The notes under the pieces are model-generated. The model saw nothing but the letters and a program-made list of their open reading frames with translations. It was not told the origin of the DNA and searched no databases. Position numbers and translations under genes: made by a program. Below, piece after piece: positions 14,270 to 30,202 of a stretch of DNA of 64,000 nucleotides (position 1 is the stretch's first letter; every line of letters starts with the position of its first letter). The stretch comes from Eledone cirrhosa. Taxonomy: Eukaryota. The stretch is taken from the NCBI GenBank assembly GCA_964016885.1, contig OZ024741.1, forward strand, positions 176,266,001 to 176,330,000, given 5' to 3'.

Positions 14270-16035
14270 TAAAGATTCTTTATCAGAAAACGTGTGTTGA
14301 AACCGATATTGTTATACTTTGGGAGGGTTATGTTGCTAATAAGAAACACACGCACCAGTGGCTTTCACTTCAATTTATTATAAATTAAATTTCTAAATTT
14401 AGGAATTTATAAATTTCTGGTTGGCTGGCTGGTTCCACAACCAGACGATTGTTCAAATATTTTTAAAGTTCTTTCGTCACACATTCTGTTAACTCTTCAG
14501 TGACCGGGATTATTTTCTTTGTTTTTGTACCTCTCTTTTGTTCTGTCCTACGCCATCTTGCTTTTGTGTGTGTTGTGTGCTTAGTTTGCGCATGTGTTAC
14601 ATCAAGGTGTCTGTGTGTGTTTATATTTGTTTATTTATTTGTTTATTTACATGTTACTGGTTGGTTGTTTGTTCTATGTGTGTGTGTGTTTTCATTTTGT
14701 CCTTAATTGTAAGTTGTGATGTTGCTGTTCCATTCATGTTTTCTATTTAATTTTGGTTGGAGTTCATTTATGTTTATTGCCTCTGTGATTTGACTAAACA
14801 TTGCGTCTTTTCTGTGTGTAGATTCTATTTTTATTTCTATATTCTCTAATTTACCCTTATGTTCTATTTTAGAATGTTGGTGGAGTACAGATGATTCTTT
14901 ACTATCTTGAAGCTCTCGCCAGTGCTCATATATCCGTTCCCCTATACTACGAGCTGTCTCACCTATGTACACTATATTCTTATCTCTACATTGTCCTTCC
15001 GTACATCTTATGCTATATACTACATTTCTAGTTTTACAGTTAATATGGGGGCTTAGTTTACAGATTATACATTTCTTATCTATACAGGGAGCTCTTTGAA
15101 AAGGGTATGTATTGCTAATAAGTGTTTTTATGGAGGTACCTGCTCTTTCTACTATCTTAATTTTGAGTTTAGTTTATCTAGGGCAATTCTAAATGTGTAA
15201 GCTAATTAACCTCTAGGGGTTGTATCGATGAACATTACACTCTGGTATTTATTGTTATCATACCATGAGTTTATACTATTAACCTTATTCCTAGTTCTTT
15301 CTATTCTATTCCAAACGTTGCTCCTATACAAGGGGCAGGTCCCATTTGTATCATTATTTATAATTTTTTCCCATTAAGGTTCTGGCTCCTCTATATACTC
15401 TGATTTTATCTCTCTGAGTGTAACCAGAGAACTGCATACGGTGGATGAAGTGTTGTATGTGTCTTTCTAGTTATTTGGGGTTGCACATTCGGGACACATT
15501 TCTCATCACCCGTACCAAATCCGCAATCAGTATGTTGATTTTGGTATGGTCCGAAACAGCCGAGTTTCGGTGGATCAGATATTTGGAAGACATGGGTTTG
15601 GCATAATCGGAATGGAGGATTTGTTATTTGTTATTAATGGTATCCAACCAGAGTTCTGTGTTTAGTACAGGTAATCGATGGTTGGGGTGTTTGCTTGGGT
15701 AGTCTATAGTAACTCAAATACTCTGGTGGATGGAGTTAGCTATTTGTTGGATGCTTTCCATGGTGTTTTTCTCTACTTCCTGACTGTTCTCTAGTGGGGG
15801 TCTTTTTACTACGATGTTTATATCATCACGTAGCAGGAGTACATTATCAGGGTTATGAGGTTGCTGTCTTCTAATTGTTCTTTAAGTTTAAGTTTAAGTC
15901 TATTGTCCCACCATACCATGAATAGGTTAGCTATGTCACCTGCAATGCTAACACCAATGGCTGCTCCCTCCTCTTGGGCATATGTTTTTCCATTAAATTT
16001 GAACATATGTTCCTTAATGGTTAATTTTATATGCC
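14270..16035 (-). mobile_element. Penelope-like element, 5'-truncated and degraded, with 3' UTR HHR-like motif (14463-14504)
   Basis: [24 protein letters not shown]-like motif, YIGETARSIGERIYEH (GIY-YIG); GTCA-CTGAAGA-..GTGAC-GAAA-GAAC-TT in the 3' UTR. Confidence 0.88.
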
Positions 16036-16050
16036 CCCCACCGCATACAT

Positions 16051-16190
<140 letters not shown>

Positions 16191-16223
16191 TATATATAAT
16201 ATATATACATACATACATATATA

Positions 16224-16413
16224 TAATCCAGGTTTAGCAAATTTTATATTCTCCGAGTGAAATGAACCTTCTGACGAGAGTTTTCAATGGAAGCCCGCAA
16301 GGACTATCCATTTATTTTTGAGACTCGAAACCGATTCGGGAAAGGTAACCATAGTAAGTACAGTGAATTTTTTGAAATTTATTTTGAAACTTTTTCCTAT
16401 TTGCTAAACCTTG

Positions 16414-16416
<3 letters not shown>
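16224..16416 (+). mobile_element. ~190-bp element in (TA)n with 18-bp inverted ends and a decayed HHR (16266-16346)
   Basis: aatccaggtttagcaaat / atttgctaaaccttgatt; ACCTT-CTGACGA-GAGTTTTCAA..TTGAGACTC-GAAA-CCGAtTCGG-gA-AAGGT (U16.1 position reads G). Confidence 0.7.
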
Positions 16417-16456
<40 letters not shown>

Positions 16457-16490
16457 GTGACCAGAGATAAAAATATTATTAAAAATAATG

Positions 16491-16571
<81 letters not shown>

Positions 16572-16752
16572 CATATATATATACACGGTGTAAACAATTA
16601 TTATTATTGGTAGTCCACTTAAGTGCAGTCCAGTTATTGTAGTCCGGGTAGTGGATGATATCAACGCTTGGCTAAGTTTGACTCAACAGACGTTTCCATA
16701 GTGATGTTGCGAGTACGCTGTAATTCCTATGTTGTAAACATTTGGAGTAATT

Positions 16753-17460
16753 ATAAATCAGGAAAGAAGAGTGACACGGTTTGCTATACAAGAAAGGTTT
16801 TCAATCTCATTGCTGACAATTGTTTCTCTGAACTGGTAGGTCTAGAGATCGCTACCCGCTTGTTTTCACGTTATTCGATCACCAATACAAAGTTATAACC
16901 AGTCAATTCATCGGAGCTTGTGAGAATGAAAAGAATATACAGGTATGGCTGCTATATATAGTAGTAATGGCATTCAATCAGAACAATAACAACAATGCTA
17001 ACAATGCAAGCAATAAATTATTTGAAATAATCACAACATCAATCTAGGAGGGAAGTATAGTGTATCTACGATTTTACTAGAATTACTGTATATCCTTAGA
17101 AATGTAAAAAGGCTACTCAACAACAAGTTAGAAAGATCAATCTTCTGCAGACACAGGATCGCCACTAAATTCACAAGATTTAAACCTCCGTGAATCGAAC
17201 CGACGTAACTTAGCTTTCAACTTAGGATACCCACTACACTGTACGAACCACCACAGAAATATAATCATTAAGTACATTCTAGCCTTCTTAGTTCTATACC
17301 ACACTAATGTCTGTAAGAACCTTATCAACCCATAAACATATCTCTTCTCAGCTGCTGTCAACACATGAACCTAAATCCAAGGACATTTCAAAATACTACT
17401 ACAGCAGAACTTTACCTTCCTCCTGTTATAATTATAGTCAGCATGTTTTCTCTTTATATG

Positions 17461-17524
<64 letters not shown>

Positions 17525-18182
17525 AGTGTGCGTGTATGAATGTATATATATATATTGCCTCCTTAACCTCTGTATTAACTTGTCTATTATATTGCTACTC
17601 TGTTAATGTTGTCTTATACATGTATGTCATTGATGATGAGAAAGCTAGACAACCCTTTCAACTAATATAGACCATACAAATATTACTATCCTCACTACAG
17701 TGATAAATTCTTCATCTGTCAGATAATAAATGATTCTTACGGTCACCAGACCTACATTGTTTAAAGCCACCGGCTTATCTTTACACTAGATATAATACAC
17801 CCCATGACAGCTTTTACATATCAATTTTATACATCTGCCTCATGTCAGCTAGTTTTACACGCTAAAATCGTAGATATACTATACTTCCCGCCTTGATTGA
17901 TGTTGTGATTATTTCAAATAATTTATTGCTAGCATTGTTAGTATTATTGTTATTGTTCTGATTGAATGCCATTACTACTATATATAGTAGCCATGCCTGT
18001 ATATTCTTTTCATTCTCACAAGCTCCGATGAATTGACTGGTTATAATTTGTATTGGTGATCGAATAACGTGAAAACAAGCGGGTAGCTATCTCTAGACCT
18101 ACCAGTTCAGAGAAACAATTGGCAGCAATGAGATTAAAAACCTTTTTTGTATAGCAAACGGTGTCAGTCTTCTTTCCTGATT

Positions 18183-18187
<5 letters not shown>
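16753..18187. mobile_element. Foldback element with ~290-bp arms (16753-17045 / 17893-18187), each with a CCGATGA-core HHR
   Basis: Arms are near reverse complements; GCT-CCGATGA-atTGACTGGT..ACCAGTTCAga-GAAA-CAATTG-TC-AGC at 16812-16917(-) and 18022-18126(+, triplet mutated). Confidence 0.8.
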
Positions 18188-18264
<77 letters not shown>

Positions 18265-18404
18265 ATATATTAAAATAACAGATTAAAGTTTAAGCAAAGA
18301 ATCGCTGCTTTCACCCATAACGGGATCTTCTGAAACTAAGATCCTGTTAACGAGCCCTCTAAGAGCCCTCTTTGGATTTTAGTCTTCACATGTATTATTA
18401 TTAC

Positions 18405-18488
<84 letters not shown>

Positions 18489-18499
18489 TTATGTATATT

Positions 18500-18538
<39 letters not shown>

Positions 18539-18571
18539 GTATATATATATCTATATCTATATATATCTATA

Positions 18572-18624
<53 letters not shown>

Positions 18625-18957
18625 AACGAAAGATTAACAATGATTTTAATTAAAGCACTTAATGTTTTTACGACCGTTCCGATAGACTAACAAAAATATT
18701 CCATTCCTGTTAGAATAACTCCCCAGAATGAATCAAATACAAATAAATAAATACCTTTCATATACTATTCATATATATATATATATAGTATTAAGGGTAC
18801 TATTTATGGTTATGTATGCAATAAAACCTTTGATGGTAATATATTATATATACACAAACCCTAAATAGTGAGAGATAGTCTTTAATTACTATCCTATTAC
18901 CAGTAAGATAAATAGCTCAATGTAATAACATCAGTTGTTATACAGAGCAGTTATATA

Positions 18958-20240
<1,283 letters not shown>

Positions 20241-20573
20241 GTTTCTACTTTTGGCACAAGGCCAGAAATAACCCAGTACATTGCAGGTACTTTATTTTAT
20301 CAATATATATATAATAGTATATATTGATATTGCTTGAAAATTCCAAATATATCAAAATCTATTTGCAATTTGTAGATAAGTACTAGTCTATAATTAAAGA
20401 ACTGGAGTTTCATGCCAAGGCAATTATCAACCCAATAAATGCCATACCACGATATTTCAGGCATCTGAGTTACTCTTGGAGCAATTTCAGCCAATGGAAA
20501 TTCATATATATATAATTTTATATATCTATATATCTATATATATATGCACACATACAGATACCCACCCCATATC

Positions 20574-20628
<55 letters not shown>

Positions 20629-20795
20629 ATATCTATATCTATATATATATGAGTGTTTGTATGTGTGTGTGTATATATACATATACACACATACATACAA
20701 ACACTCATGTGCATATATGTAAATATATATATATATTTATATATATATATGTTTGTGGGGGTGTGTGTATGTGTGTGTGTGGGTATCTGTGTATG

Positions 20796-20853
<58 letters not shown>

Positions 20854-20899
20854 CGGTGAGTGTATCTGTGTGTATGATACACCCACCGTATATAAATAC

Positions 20900-20951
<52 letters not shown>

Positions 20952-21468
20952 TTATGTGGATAAAGAGTGAGATGAGTTGGGTTAGAGAGACTGTCAATCG
21001 GACAGTTTATATGACAAATTTTTCTTTGCCAGCCAACAAAATAATTGCTAAATCTACCGGAAACCTCTCATGCTACGTCGACAGTAACAGTATTAAGTCT
21101 ATTATCTTAGCATGTCAATGTGTTTGGGCGTGATGCGATAGTAATATCTGAATACCATTCAAAATATTCGGAATGAATATATACTATTCTGAGTTATAAA
21201 ACTTACTGAGTTACATATCGGTAATGTGGTGCGATAAAAAGACTTTCATTCACGCCCGTAATAACCCATTAGTTAGAATTATGATAACGAAAATGTTATT
21301 GAAAGTAATTTAAGATGTGGAAAATGTTACCGGTATATCTAACTTCTAGGGCGCAGGAAAATGTTTCAGAAAATATCTTAACTACACGATTATAGAGACA
21401 GATCCCATATATATGAAGAAAAGAACAAGATATTTTCCTTCTCCCTTTCTCATATTATACGTATATAA

Positions 21469-21509
<41 letters not shown>

Positions 21510-21515
<6 letters not shown>

Positions 21516-22575
21516 TAAAATAATCAATTAACAAAGAAACAGTTCCTTATATTAAAACATTCATCATTTTACGATCGTTTCTAGGATATATATGTTAGTG
21601 TTAGTATGCATATGTAACATTTTTACAAACTGTCAGAGGGAATATACATCCCTACACATATATACGCTGTCATTTAATTTACAAATTAAGGATAATATAC
21701 CTAAAAAAATGTTTAATATCCAAGAGAAGAACTTCCCGCCAAACCACAAATACCATCAAATTTTAAATAGATCAACGGTTAAATTCTCCTACTCAACAAC
21801 CAAAAACATAAAACAAAATATAAGTGCCTACAATGCATATACATGTAAAAAAACCATGAGTATACCACCAGTACATCAAACTAACCATAATATCTCTGAT
21901 ACAGGATTCACGAAAAGTTCTAACTGTAGAAACAAAGCAAACTGCCCATTAAAAGGAAATTGCCTTATTAATAACATAGTATATAAATGTAAAGTTAACA
22001 CTAAGGACTCAATTTATTCATATATAGGAGCTACATCTAAAAAATTAAAGGTAAGATTTAATACCCACAAACATAGTTTTAAAAATGCCGCATTAGCTAA
22101 TACAACACCTCTAGCTGAAATAATTAATAATTATAGAAAGAGAAATATAGATTATCACCTGACCTGGAGTGTGCTCAAAAGGGCCACCCCTTATCAAAAT
22201 AATAGATATGAATGTAGATTATGTTCCCAAGAACTTTTTGAAATAATGAAATCTAAGGATATCCTATTAAATAAGCGACAGGAATTAATAATATCGTGTA
22301 ATCATAAACAGAAAAACCTTTAAATATTATAAACCTAATTAATATACATTTTAGAAATTAATATAAAAATTATTTTTAATATAGTTAACCTATAATTAAT
22401 ATTCTACTACTGACGAACTACATAATTTTACTTTCATTCTTACAACTATCTTTTCCTAAAATTGATACCATTAAGTAAACATATATAATGTTTTATTTCA
22501 AGTTATGATTCTATGTTCCTTGAAATCTCTATGTTTATTACTTCTCACTAATAAATTTAACTCCCCCCCCCCCAA

Positions 22576-22632
<57 letters not shown>

Positions 22633-23535
22633 TTTTTATATTTATTTATTTAATTTTCCCTCGTCTTTAACAGCACTCTTCAATTACATCAAACTCTTAT
22701 TTATCATATCTATATGCATTAATATAGTTTTATCAATATAAATATACCCATCAATTAAATTAATTTATATTCTTTTCATACATGTAAATTCCATATATAT
22801 TTTTTTCACTAACACTTTTATCATAAAATTTTAGTCTCCTTAGATATTTACATTGGCATTATTCTTTTATAACAGCAACTTTTCGTGTTACCTTTTACTG
22901 ACCTGACCTATTTTCACCCCTAAAATAAACTTTTCATTCTTCATACTCCTTCCATTCAAAACTGAAATCTGCCTTCTTCTACACCAAAATAAATTTCAAT
23001 TACTACTATTTTACCATTTGGCCAATTATTACCTTTCTATTGGTTAATTCAAAACCTGTTCCCAAACAAACCTACTATATTAAATCTGTGTTGGTTTTAT
23101 TCAATGAACAAATATAATTATTTCTGAGGTCAGCATATGACCTATTCTCATCCCTAAAATAATCTTTCATTCATAATATTCTTTCCATCCAAAACTGAAA
23201 TCCACCTTCCTCTACCCATAAAGTAAACTTCTTTTACTACTATATTACTATCTTGACCTTCACTATCTTTCTATTCGTCAATTCAAAACCTGTTCCCAAA
23301 CAGAGCTACTGTATTAAATCTTTGTTAGTTTTTTCAATAAACAAATATTATTATTTCTGAAGACAGCATATATATGTGTAGTTATGTATATTCCCTCTGA
23401 TAGTTTGTAAACATTTTACATAGATCTATAGGGTATGCATACCAACACTAACATATATATCCTAGAAACGATCGTAAAATGATGAATTTTTTAATATAAG
23501 GAACTGTTTCATTGTTTCTTCATTATTTTATTAAT
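21510..23535 (+). mobile_element. PLE 3' fragment (Cys linker, GIY-YIG, 3' UTR) with an inverted copy of its 3' end at the 5' side
   Basis: ORF 21592-22323: NCRNKANCPLKGNC, IVYKC..YIGAT..FNTHKHSF, CRLC..LLNKRQE; 21510-21655 is the reverse complement of ~23383-23535; ~237-bp tandem duplication 22900-23370. Confidence 0.88.
23348..23485 (+). ncRNA. Hammerhead ribozyme with long stem II in the PLE 3' terminal repeat
   Basis: TTATTATTT-CTGAAGA-cAGcATATATATGT..ACATATATATcCTa-GAAA-CGATCG-TA-AAATGATGA. Confidence 0.78.
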
Positions 23536-23665
23536 TTATCTTGACTCTGTTTTCCGTTAATTTTCACCGAAAACATTTTTCGAATACATCTCTTTTCATG
23601 ATATTCGGATTACATTGAGTTCTTCATACGGATTGGACACTACCGTACACTTTGGTAGATTTATC

Positions 23666-23718
<53 letters not shown>

Positions 23719-23723
<5 letters not shown>

Positions 23724-23900
23724 AACAAGTAAGACCCCGACGGCTGAGCTCAAGCCGTTTCGACGGCTAATTCTGTCGAAACAGCTTGAGCTCAGCCGTC
23801 GGGGTCTTACTTGTTCCTATTACCCACTCTACTACCCTAAGTATTGAGTACTTTGGTGCGTTATGGTCCACCTGGTTCCTGACCACATTTCTTTCGTTAT
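23719..23900. repeat. Short hairpin (~46-bp arms, 23719-23820) plus a tail shared with 12678-12730
   Basis: taggaacaagtaagaccccgacggctgagctcaag / cttgagctcagccgtcggggtcttacttgttccta. Confidence 0.8.
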
Positions 23901-24107
23901 ATATATATATATATAGATATATATATAGATATATATATATAGTAATAATAATAAATTTAAAGACTAAAATCCAAAGAGGGCTCGATAAGGACAAATATAT
24001 ATCAAATATATAAGAACCCTAGTGCACATATTTCAGAAGATCCCGTTAAGAGTGAAAGCCGCGATTCTTTGCTTAAACTTTAATCTGTTATTTTAATATA
24101 TATATAT

Positions 24108-24138
<31 letters not shown>

Positions 24139-24155
24139 GAGAGAGAGATAGAGAG

Positions 24156-24263
24156 AGAAATGGCTTCTACAAGACCAGCACCGTTTATTCACAAGAAATC
24201 ATTAGGAAAGCAGAGATCATTTCACCCGAATGAAACCGTTCTAGTCCTGTAGAGGCCATTTCT
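24156..24263. repeat. Small imperfect foldback
   Basis: agaaatggcttctacaagac / gtcctgtagaggccatttct. Confidence 0.65.
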
Positions 24264-24566
24264 ATATTGAATAATTATACTCTGCTATGGTTAACCCCGA
24301 TTAAAACCGGGATAAACATATACATATATACACTTATACATACATATAGACACACACTCAGAGACACAAATTCATACGTCCATCATGGTGGCGCTGTTGG
24401 TGGTGGTGAAAATATAAGCCGATTATATCAAGCCAGTACTTCACTTCAACTATACTTTATCGACCTCGAGGGGATTTCCAGTCAGAATCATAATATAATA
24501 TAGGGAGGAGTGCGAGACAGTGTCATGAATATTTTTTTTTAATCCCGTTAGTAAGTTGAATAAATA

Positions 24567-24757
24567 GTTGTTTCTATTTTGCGCACAAGGCCAGCAATTA
24601 CCTAGTACATTACTGGTACTTTATATTATCGACCCCGTAAGGATGAAAGGCAAAGTTAACCTCAGCGGGATTTGAACTCAGATCATAAAGGCGACGTAAC
24701 TCAATGATTCAAAGCATGGTGTACGACCCTCTACCGATACTGCCAATCCACTGACTT
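24567..24757 (-). mobile_element. tRNA-derived SINE with TSD ttgaataaata
   Basis: B-box-like gagttcaaatccc on the minus strand; matches other copies; 11-bp direct repeat on both sides. Confidence 0.85.
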
Positions 24758-25511
24758 TGAATAAATAATGAATGAATATTACATAATTTATGTACTAAAT
24801 TTCGTAGCAGTGGATTAAACATAAATAGTCTTAAGATAATTATTTCATTTCTTGAAAGCAAACAAATCTGCTTTCAGTCGTCAGAATGAAACGACAGGTA
24901 AATGAAATAATTATTCTGTGTTGTTTATTACATAAATATTCTTATATAAAATTATTGCTTATTTTAAGATTCACTTCTTTAAAATGTTCAAATGTCAATA
25001 CTTCCTGTTACGATATAATGGACCCTATATAAACGTTCATATATTTGTATCGTTATATAACGTTTGTATTTCTGTCGCTAATTTTCTCCTTTTTCGTTTC
25101 CATTACGTTTCACCGTAATGCAGTATATATATAATATCGTCTTTTTTAAATTCATGGATTTCTTTACTGATAACAGAAGAGAGTGTAACACAGTCTCTCT
25201 TCAATTTCTGTGCATATTGTCAATTACAATTTTATTTGATGTATCATATCTAGATACATCTATATTCGCATATAATATCACCGAAGGGTGGTTTTTATGC
25301 TAGCGAGTCATAATGTCCAACCCAGTATCGATTTCGTCAGCCATATATTGTGTTATTACTTCATTAACGTGTTTTATACAAATGTTTCTCTGTATTATCA
25401 TACCTATTAATACTAATTGCAACAAGACTATATGGTTCGTTCTGTCTTTCGTGAATTAAAGCAGGAATACGAACAGACAATGAATTAACGACTAAATGAG
25501 TTACTTTTTTT

Positions 25512-25910
25512 GTAAGGACTAGGTTAGCTAGGGTGAAAAAATACTAACTACAGCAATATGGTTTGTCAGAATTAATTGCCAGGCTGCTATTTTTAGTGGC
25601 ACGAGATTTCTAGACGAGCTGGGTTCCGGAGACACGTGCGCTATTTCATATCGCACACAATTCAGTCTTCTAATAGTTTTTAGAAGTGGAAAGATCGCTA
25701 ATTTCTCAACAACTACTGAGGAGCAGCGAAACATGTTGACTTCACTTAATAAGATGTTGCGAAACAGTTTTCAAAAAAACTGTCTAGTTGTTACCAGGCG
25801 TTTGCCCGAAATAGGTCTGTTATTTTTCTTAATTTACTACTTAAAATTAAGCCTGACAAACCATATTGCTGTAGTTAGTATTTTTTCACCCTAGCTAACC
25901 TAGTCCTTAC
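25512..25910. mobile_element. MITE-like element with perfect ~58-bp inverted termini
   Basis: gtaaggactaggttagctagggtgaaaaaatactaactacagcaatatggtttgtcag and its exact reverse complement at ~25853-25910. Confidence 0.85.
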
Positions 25911-26039
25911 GATTAGAAAACATGTATGTTTATATTAGTGTTCACCTCTCTTGTTTATTCAATTATATTACACGGCTTGCAAAGGCTTATTTCTTAGAGC
26001 TATTTAATTGTAAGAGACTACTCTGAGTTTCTAACTCAC

Positions 26040-26072
<33 letters not shown>

Positions 26073-26322
26073 ATTAAATGAAGGTGTATATATATATATA
26101 CGCGTATAGATACAAGTATAGATACATTCGTACATATAGGGTGTCCAACTTATACCGAGTTTGGTTCAATGAGATAGTTAATAAAATTATCAGATTCAGA
26201 GCCTAATTACATCATATATGGAAAAAGCAAACAAGTTAAGAAAAAAGATCTGAAACTGCAGTAGGGTCATTAAAGTGAGTAGGTAAAAATGTTTTCTTAA
26301 CTTGTCTGCTTTATCCATATAT

Positions 26323-26404
<82 letters not shown>

Positions 26405-26624
26405 CTTATGAGAAAAGCAGTATATGATTCAGTGAAACAAATATTGTTATCCCCATTAGGAGAAAGCCAGTGTAATGCAGATTATAAAGGCAAGAGTAAA
26501 CACTAGAGTAGAGTAAATTAATATACCAAAAGTACTGTTGAAACTCTTATCATATTTATCATAATATTTCGAAAGACCACTTTTTCAAAAGAAAGTAAAT
26601 GGAATGTGGTTTGGGAAATGTGTA

Positions 26625-26711
<87 letters not shown>

Positions 26712-29700
26712 TAACTAATAGCAGCATTACTCAAAGGTTCACAAACGTAAATCTTTCCAGGGCCATACTAAAGAAGGTTACACGATATTGACTAATGTAT
26801 AAACTTGAATCAATTTGTCGTAGGACTGCGAGTTCGTGTACTTGCTTCTGGATACAGTCTAAAATCGTCCAAATACTGGCCTCACATGTGACATGAACTA
26901 ACGAATATAAATGGGTATTATACCTCAACCAATGACATTCAGCGTTCATTGAAATGTGAGGTTTGCTTCAATGTCTCTAAAATCTTCGACAACGGGGTCT
27001 TAGATGACAAAGTGTTAATACAAATATTTAATTACCTTGTCATCTTTTGACTGCTCTTTTCTTTCATTTAAGCACCCATCAATATTTGATACTTGTAAAT
27101 AACTAATTTCGCATTGTGTTCTCACACACCGTAAGTATTTTATCCACCAATCAGCATTCATCACTTTATACGCCATTTTCCCAAATATAGTTATATATAA
27201 AGTGGTGTTTTTCTGCTAGCATGTGTAGTGTGCATATTGATATTATACGCAAGCATATATGCATATAGATATGATACATCAAATAAAATCGTAATTAACA
27301 ATATGTACAGAAATTGAACGAAGTCTGCGTTACACTCTCTTCTGTAATCAGAAAGTAACCCAGGATACATTTAAAAAAGACGATATTATATATAATCTGC
27401 ATTAGGAAAAAATTAGCGACGGAAATATATGCAATGTTTTTAATATAACCGGAAGTGTTGACTTTGAAAATTTTAAAGAAGTGAATCTTTAAATAAGCAA
27501 TGACATATATTTCATCAAGAGTTACGAAATTTAGTACATAAATTATGTAATATTCATTCCTTATTTATTCAAAGTAATTCAACTTATTTTACAAACGGGG
27601 GTAAAAAAATATATTCTGGACGCAGTCCAGCACTCCTTTCTTTATTATAGTTAAGATAGGTAACCAACAACATATTTGTACCAAATCTTCCAGCCCATCG
27701 TCACTACTACCTACGATGGTCTACTCATCATGGCAATGCACTGCTATTATTTCCTTTGTCACCCTACCAATTCTGTTAATAAAATAGCATATATTTTGTT
27801 TATTACTCAATCGATTCTGACAATCTACAACCATCATATTGTCCATTGGTTGCACTACCAATTTTACCCTGTTGCCATTGTTATCACCATAACCGCTTTA
27901 TTTAATCTCTTTGAAATGTATCTGTAATAGTCTTACTTTCCTGACAAATGTTGCTACACATTTTAGTAAACATGTATTCAAAACAGTAAAATTAACTAAG
28001 TGTCTGAAAGAAGGATTTATCAATTATATTATTATCTTCAATAATTTCCATTGTTCATTTCTAAATAGTAAGTAAGTACTATACAAGTTATTCATATTAC
28101 AAACGGGAACGACAAACGCATTTCGAACATGTGGTTATAGTTATATAATACAATTGGTATGTCTATTATCTATGCCATCTCTCTTTACTTCCCAATGATA
28201 TTGTCATCGATATACTGTTATGTCAATTAACGTTTTGTTAACTTCGTTATCAATGTAATGATGATTTCTTTTGATCAGATGTAGACGCCATATTGTTTCT
28301 TTCAACTTCGTCACTATATTGTCAAATGCTATTATATTCATTTATTATTGTTGTTGTTGATGATTGAACTAAAATTGATCAAAGCTATTTCAGTTGTATC
28401 CAAACAAGTCAATATTTTACATATGTTTGAGTATATAGTTTAATTTATCAGTTCTTTGAAAGTGGTGGGTGTGTAATTTATGCCAGACTATGCTGCTATT
28501 TCTAGCAAGACGTGTGATGAGATAGAGAACCTCAACTCAGGTTGTATTATATTGGGTGATGTAGAGGTTAGAAACAACAGTACTCTAATATAAGGACCTG
28601 GCATAAAATAGCCCTCTATCTCAGGATTGTGATTTCAAATCTTGGATAATAAAATGGGTGATAGGCTTGGTTGGGTTTATATCTCTATTGTTTCTCAATC
28701 AAGGCCAGCTTGTTCCAGACTCAATTGGGGCACCGCTTATTTATATCAAACGCTCATAGGTTAATATCTTGTAACAGGTACTGCACTGTGCTCATACGAG
28801 ATCTACTTAAGTATCAAGAAACCTGGACCCTTTTATGCAGATACATAAGCTACACTTACACTGCGAATGTCCCATGATGATTACATAAAATAGTTAAACC
28901 TAAAATACAAGCTCTAAATCTTTTATCACAAACGTACACTACTTTAAAACCGAATATATGATTTGGTGAATCATAGAATCCGTGACATTTTCAAAGCCCT
29001 CGGAATTTCTTGGTAGGGAAAGGAAAGACAAAAACACTGATAAGATTCTGTAATAGGAAGCAACATATCGATATATGATGTGGATTAATAAACCATCAGT
29101 TCGTAAATATTGTTCTAGTTACTTGCCACAGTTTTCACTACACAAAAGATACCCAGATGCCAGGAGAGGGTTTTATAGCTGGAAACATTAATTATATCAA
29201 CTAAGATTCACGAAATAAGTCTCTTTCACCATAGGGATATGTAACATTTCTCGGTGTGCCACTGACTTACGAGATATTAATAAACACGCATAACTATCCC
29301 AAATATCTCATAAATAATAAACTTCCAGTTTTAGTAAACCTTCATTTACTCATATTCTAAAATCCTAACCCTAACCCTAGTGATATGTTATATCGTGCAA
29401 CTGTCTACTCTAATAATGTCTTACTCAAACTAACGGCGGGGGATGGGCACAGATGAAAGCCATACTGTATTTGATATAATCGATTTTCTCTTCACCTTTC
29501 GCCTAAATTAGAAGTCATAATTTATTTAAGGGATGAATTGTAAGAATTACTGAGATGTCAGTTGTTAGTTGCAAACATTTATGTAGAAAATTAGAATCGC
29601 GCTGTAGTCAACATTGCCTCCCATCATTCCAAATTAAATTAAACGAAGTACCTGTTAAGTGTTGAGTCGATTTATTCCCCAACTCCCAAGCCAATTGCAT

Positions 29701-29989
29701 AGTGTTATGTCCAGACTAGAAATCGTTAATTCAAGAGTATTTGATTTCCTTGCATTATGTCTGTTCCAATCTCTGGTCAACCGTAAAATGTCTCACATTC
29801 GGAGCCCCATCTAAGCATATTCCTAAATCCCCGTTCCTTCGCTCACATTCTATGCAGCTGACTCCCTGTCTTACTCTTCCAAATACACATAAACCTACAG
29901 AAATTCAAGTAGAGCAAGAATTGTATAGACAAATCTTCATTTTATGAGCATCCTGAATAAATGTTAGGAATCCTGTTTCATTATTGGAA

Positions 29990-30202
29990 TTTGGCAGTAT
30001 TGGTAGAGCGTCGGACACCATGACTCATAGCATAGAGTGACGGCGCTATACGTTCTGAGTTCAAATCCCACCGAGGTTACCTTTGCTTTTTATCCTCATG
30101 GAGTTGATAAATAAATCACCAGTAATGCACAGGGGTCGATTTAATCGACTTTTCCCCTCCCCTTCAAATTGCTGGTCTTGTGCCTAAAGTGGAAACAATT
30201 AT
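29990..30202 (+). mobile_element. tRNA-derived SINE
   Basis: tggcagtattggtagagcgtcgga..gagttcaaatccc..ggtcttgtgcctaaagtggaaacaatta. Confidence 0.85.

Larger units (their letters stand above)
24500..27650. repeat. Old large inverted repeat (arms ~24500-25270 and ~27255-27650)
   Basis: Matching blocks such as tgtactaaatttcgta / tacgaaatttagtaca and tttatttgatgtatcatatcta / tagatatgatacatcaaataaa; left arm interrupted by a SINE. Confidence 0.7.
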
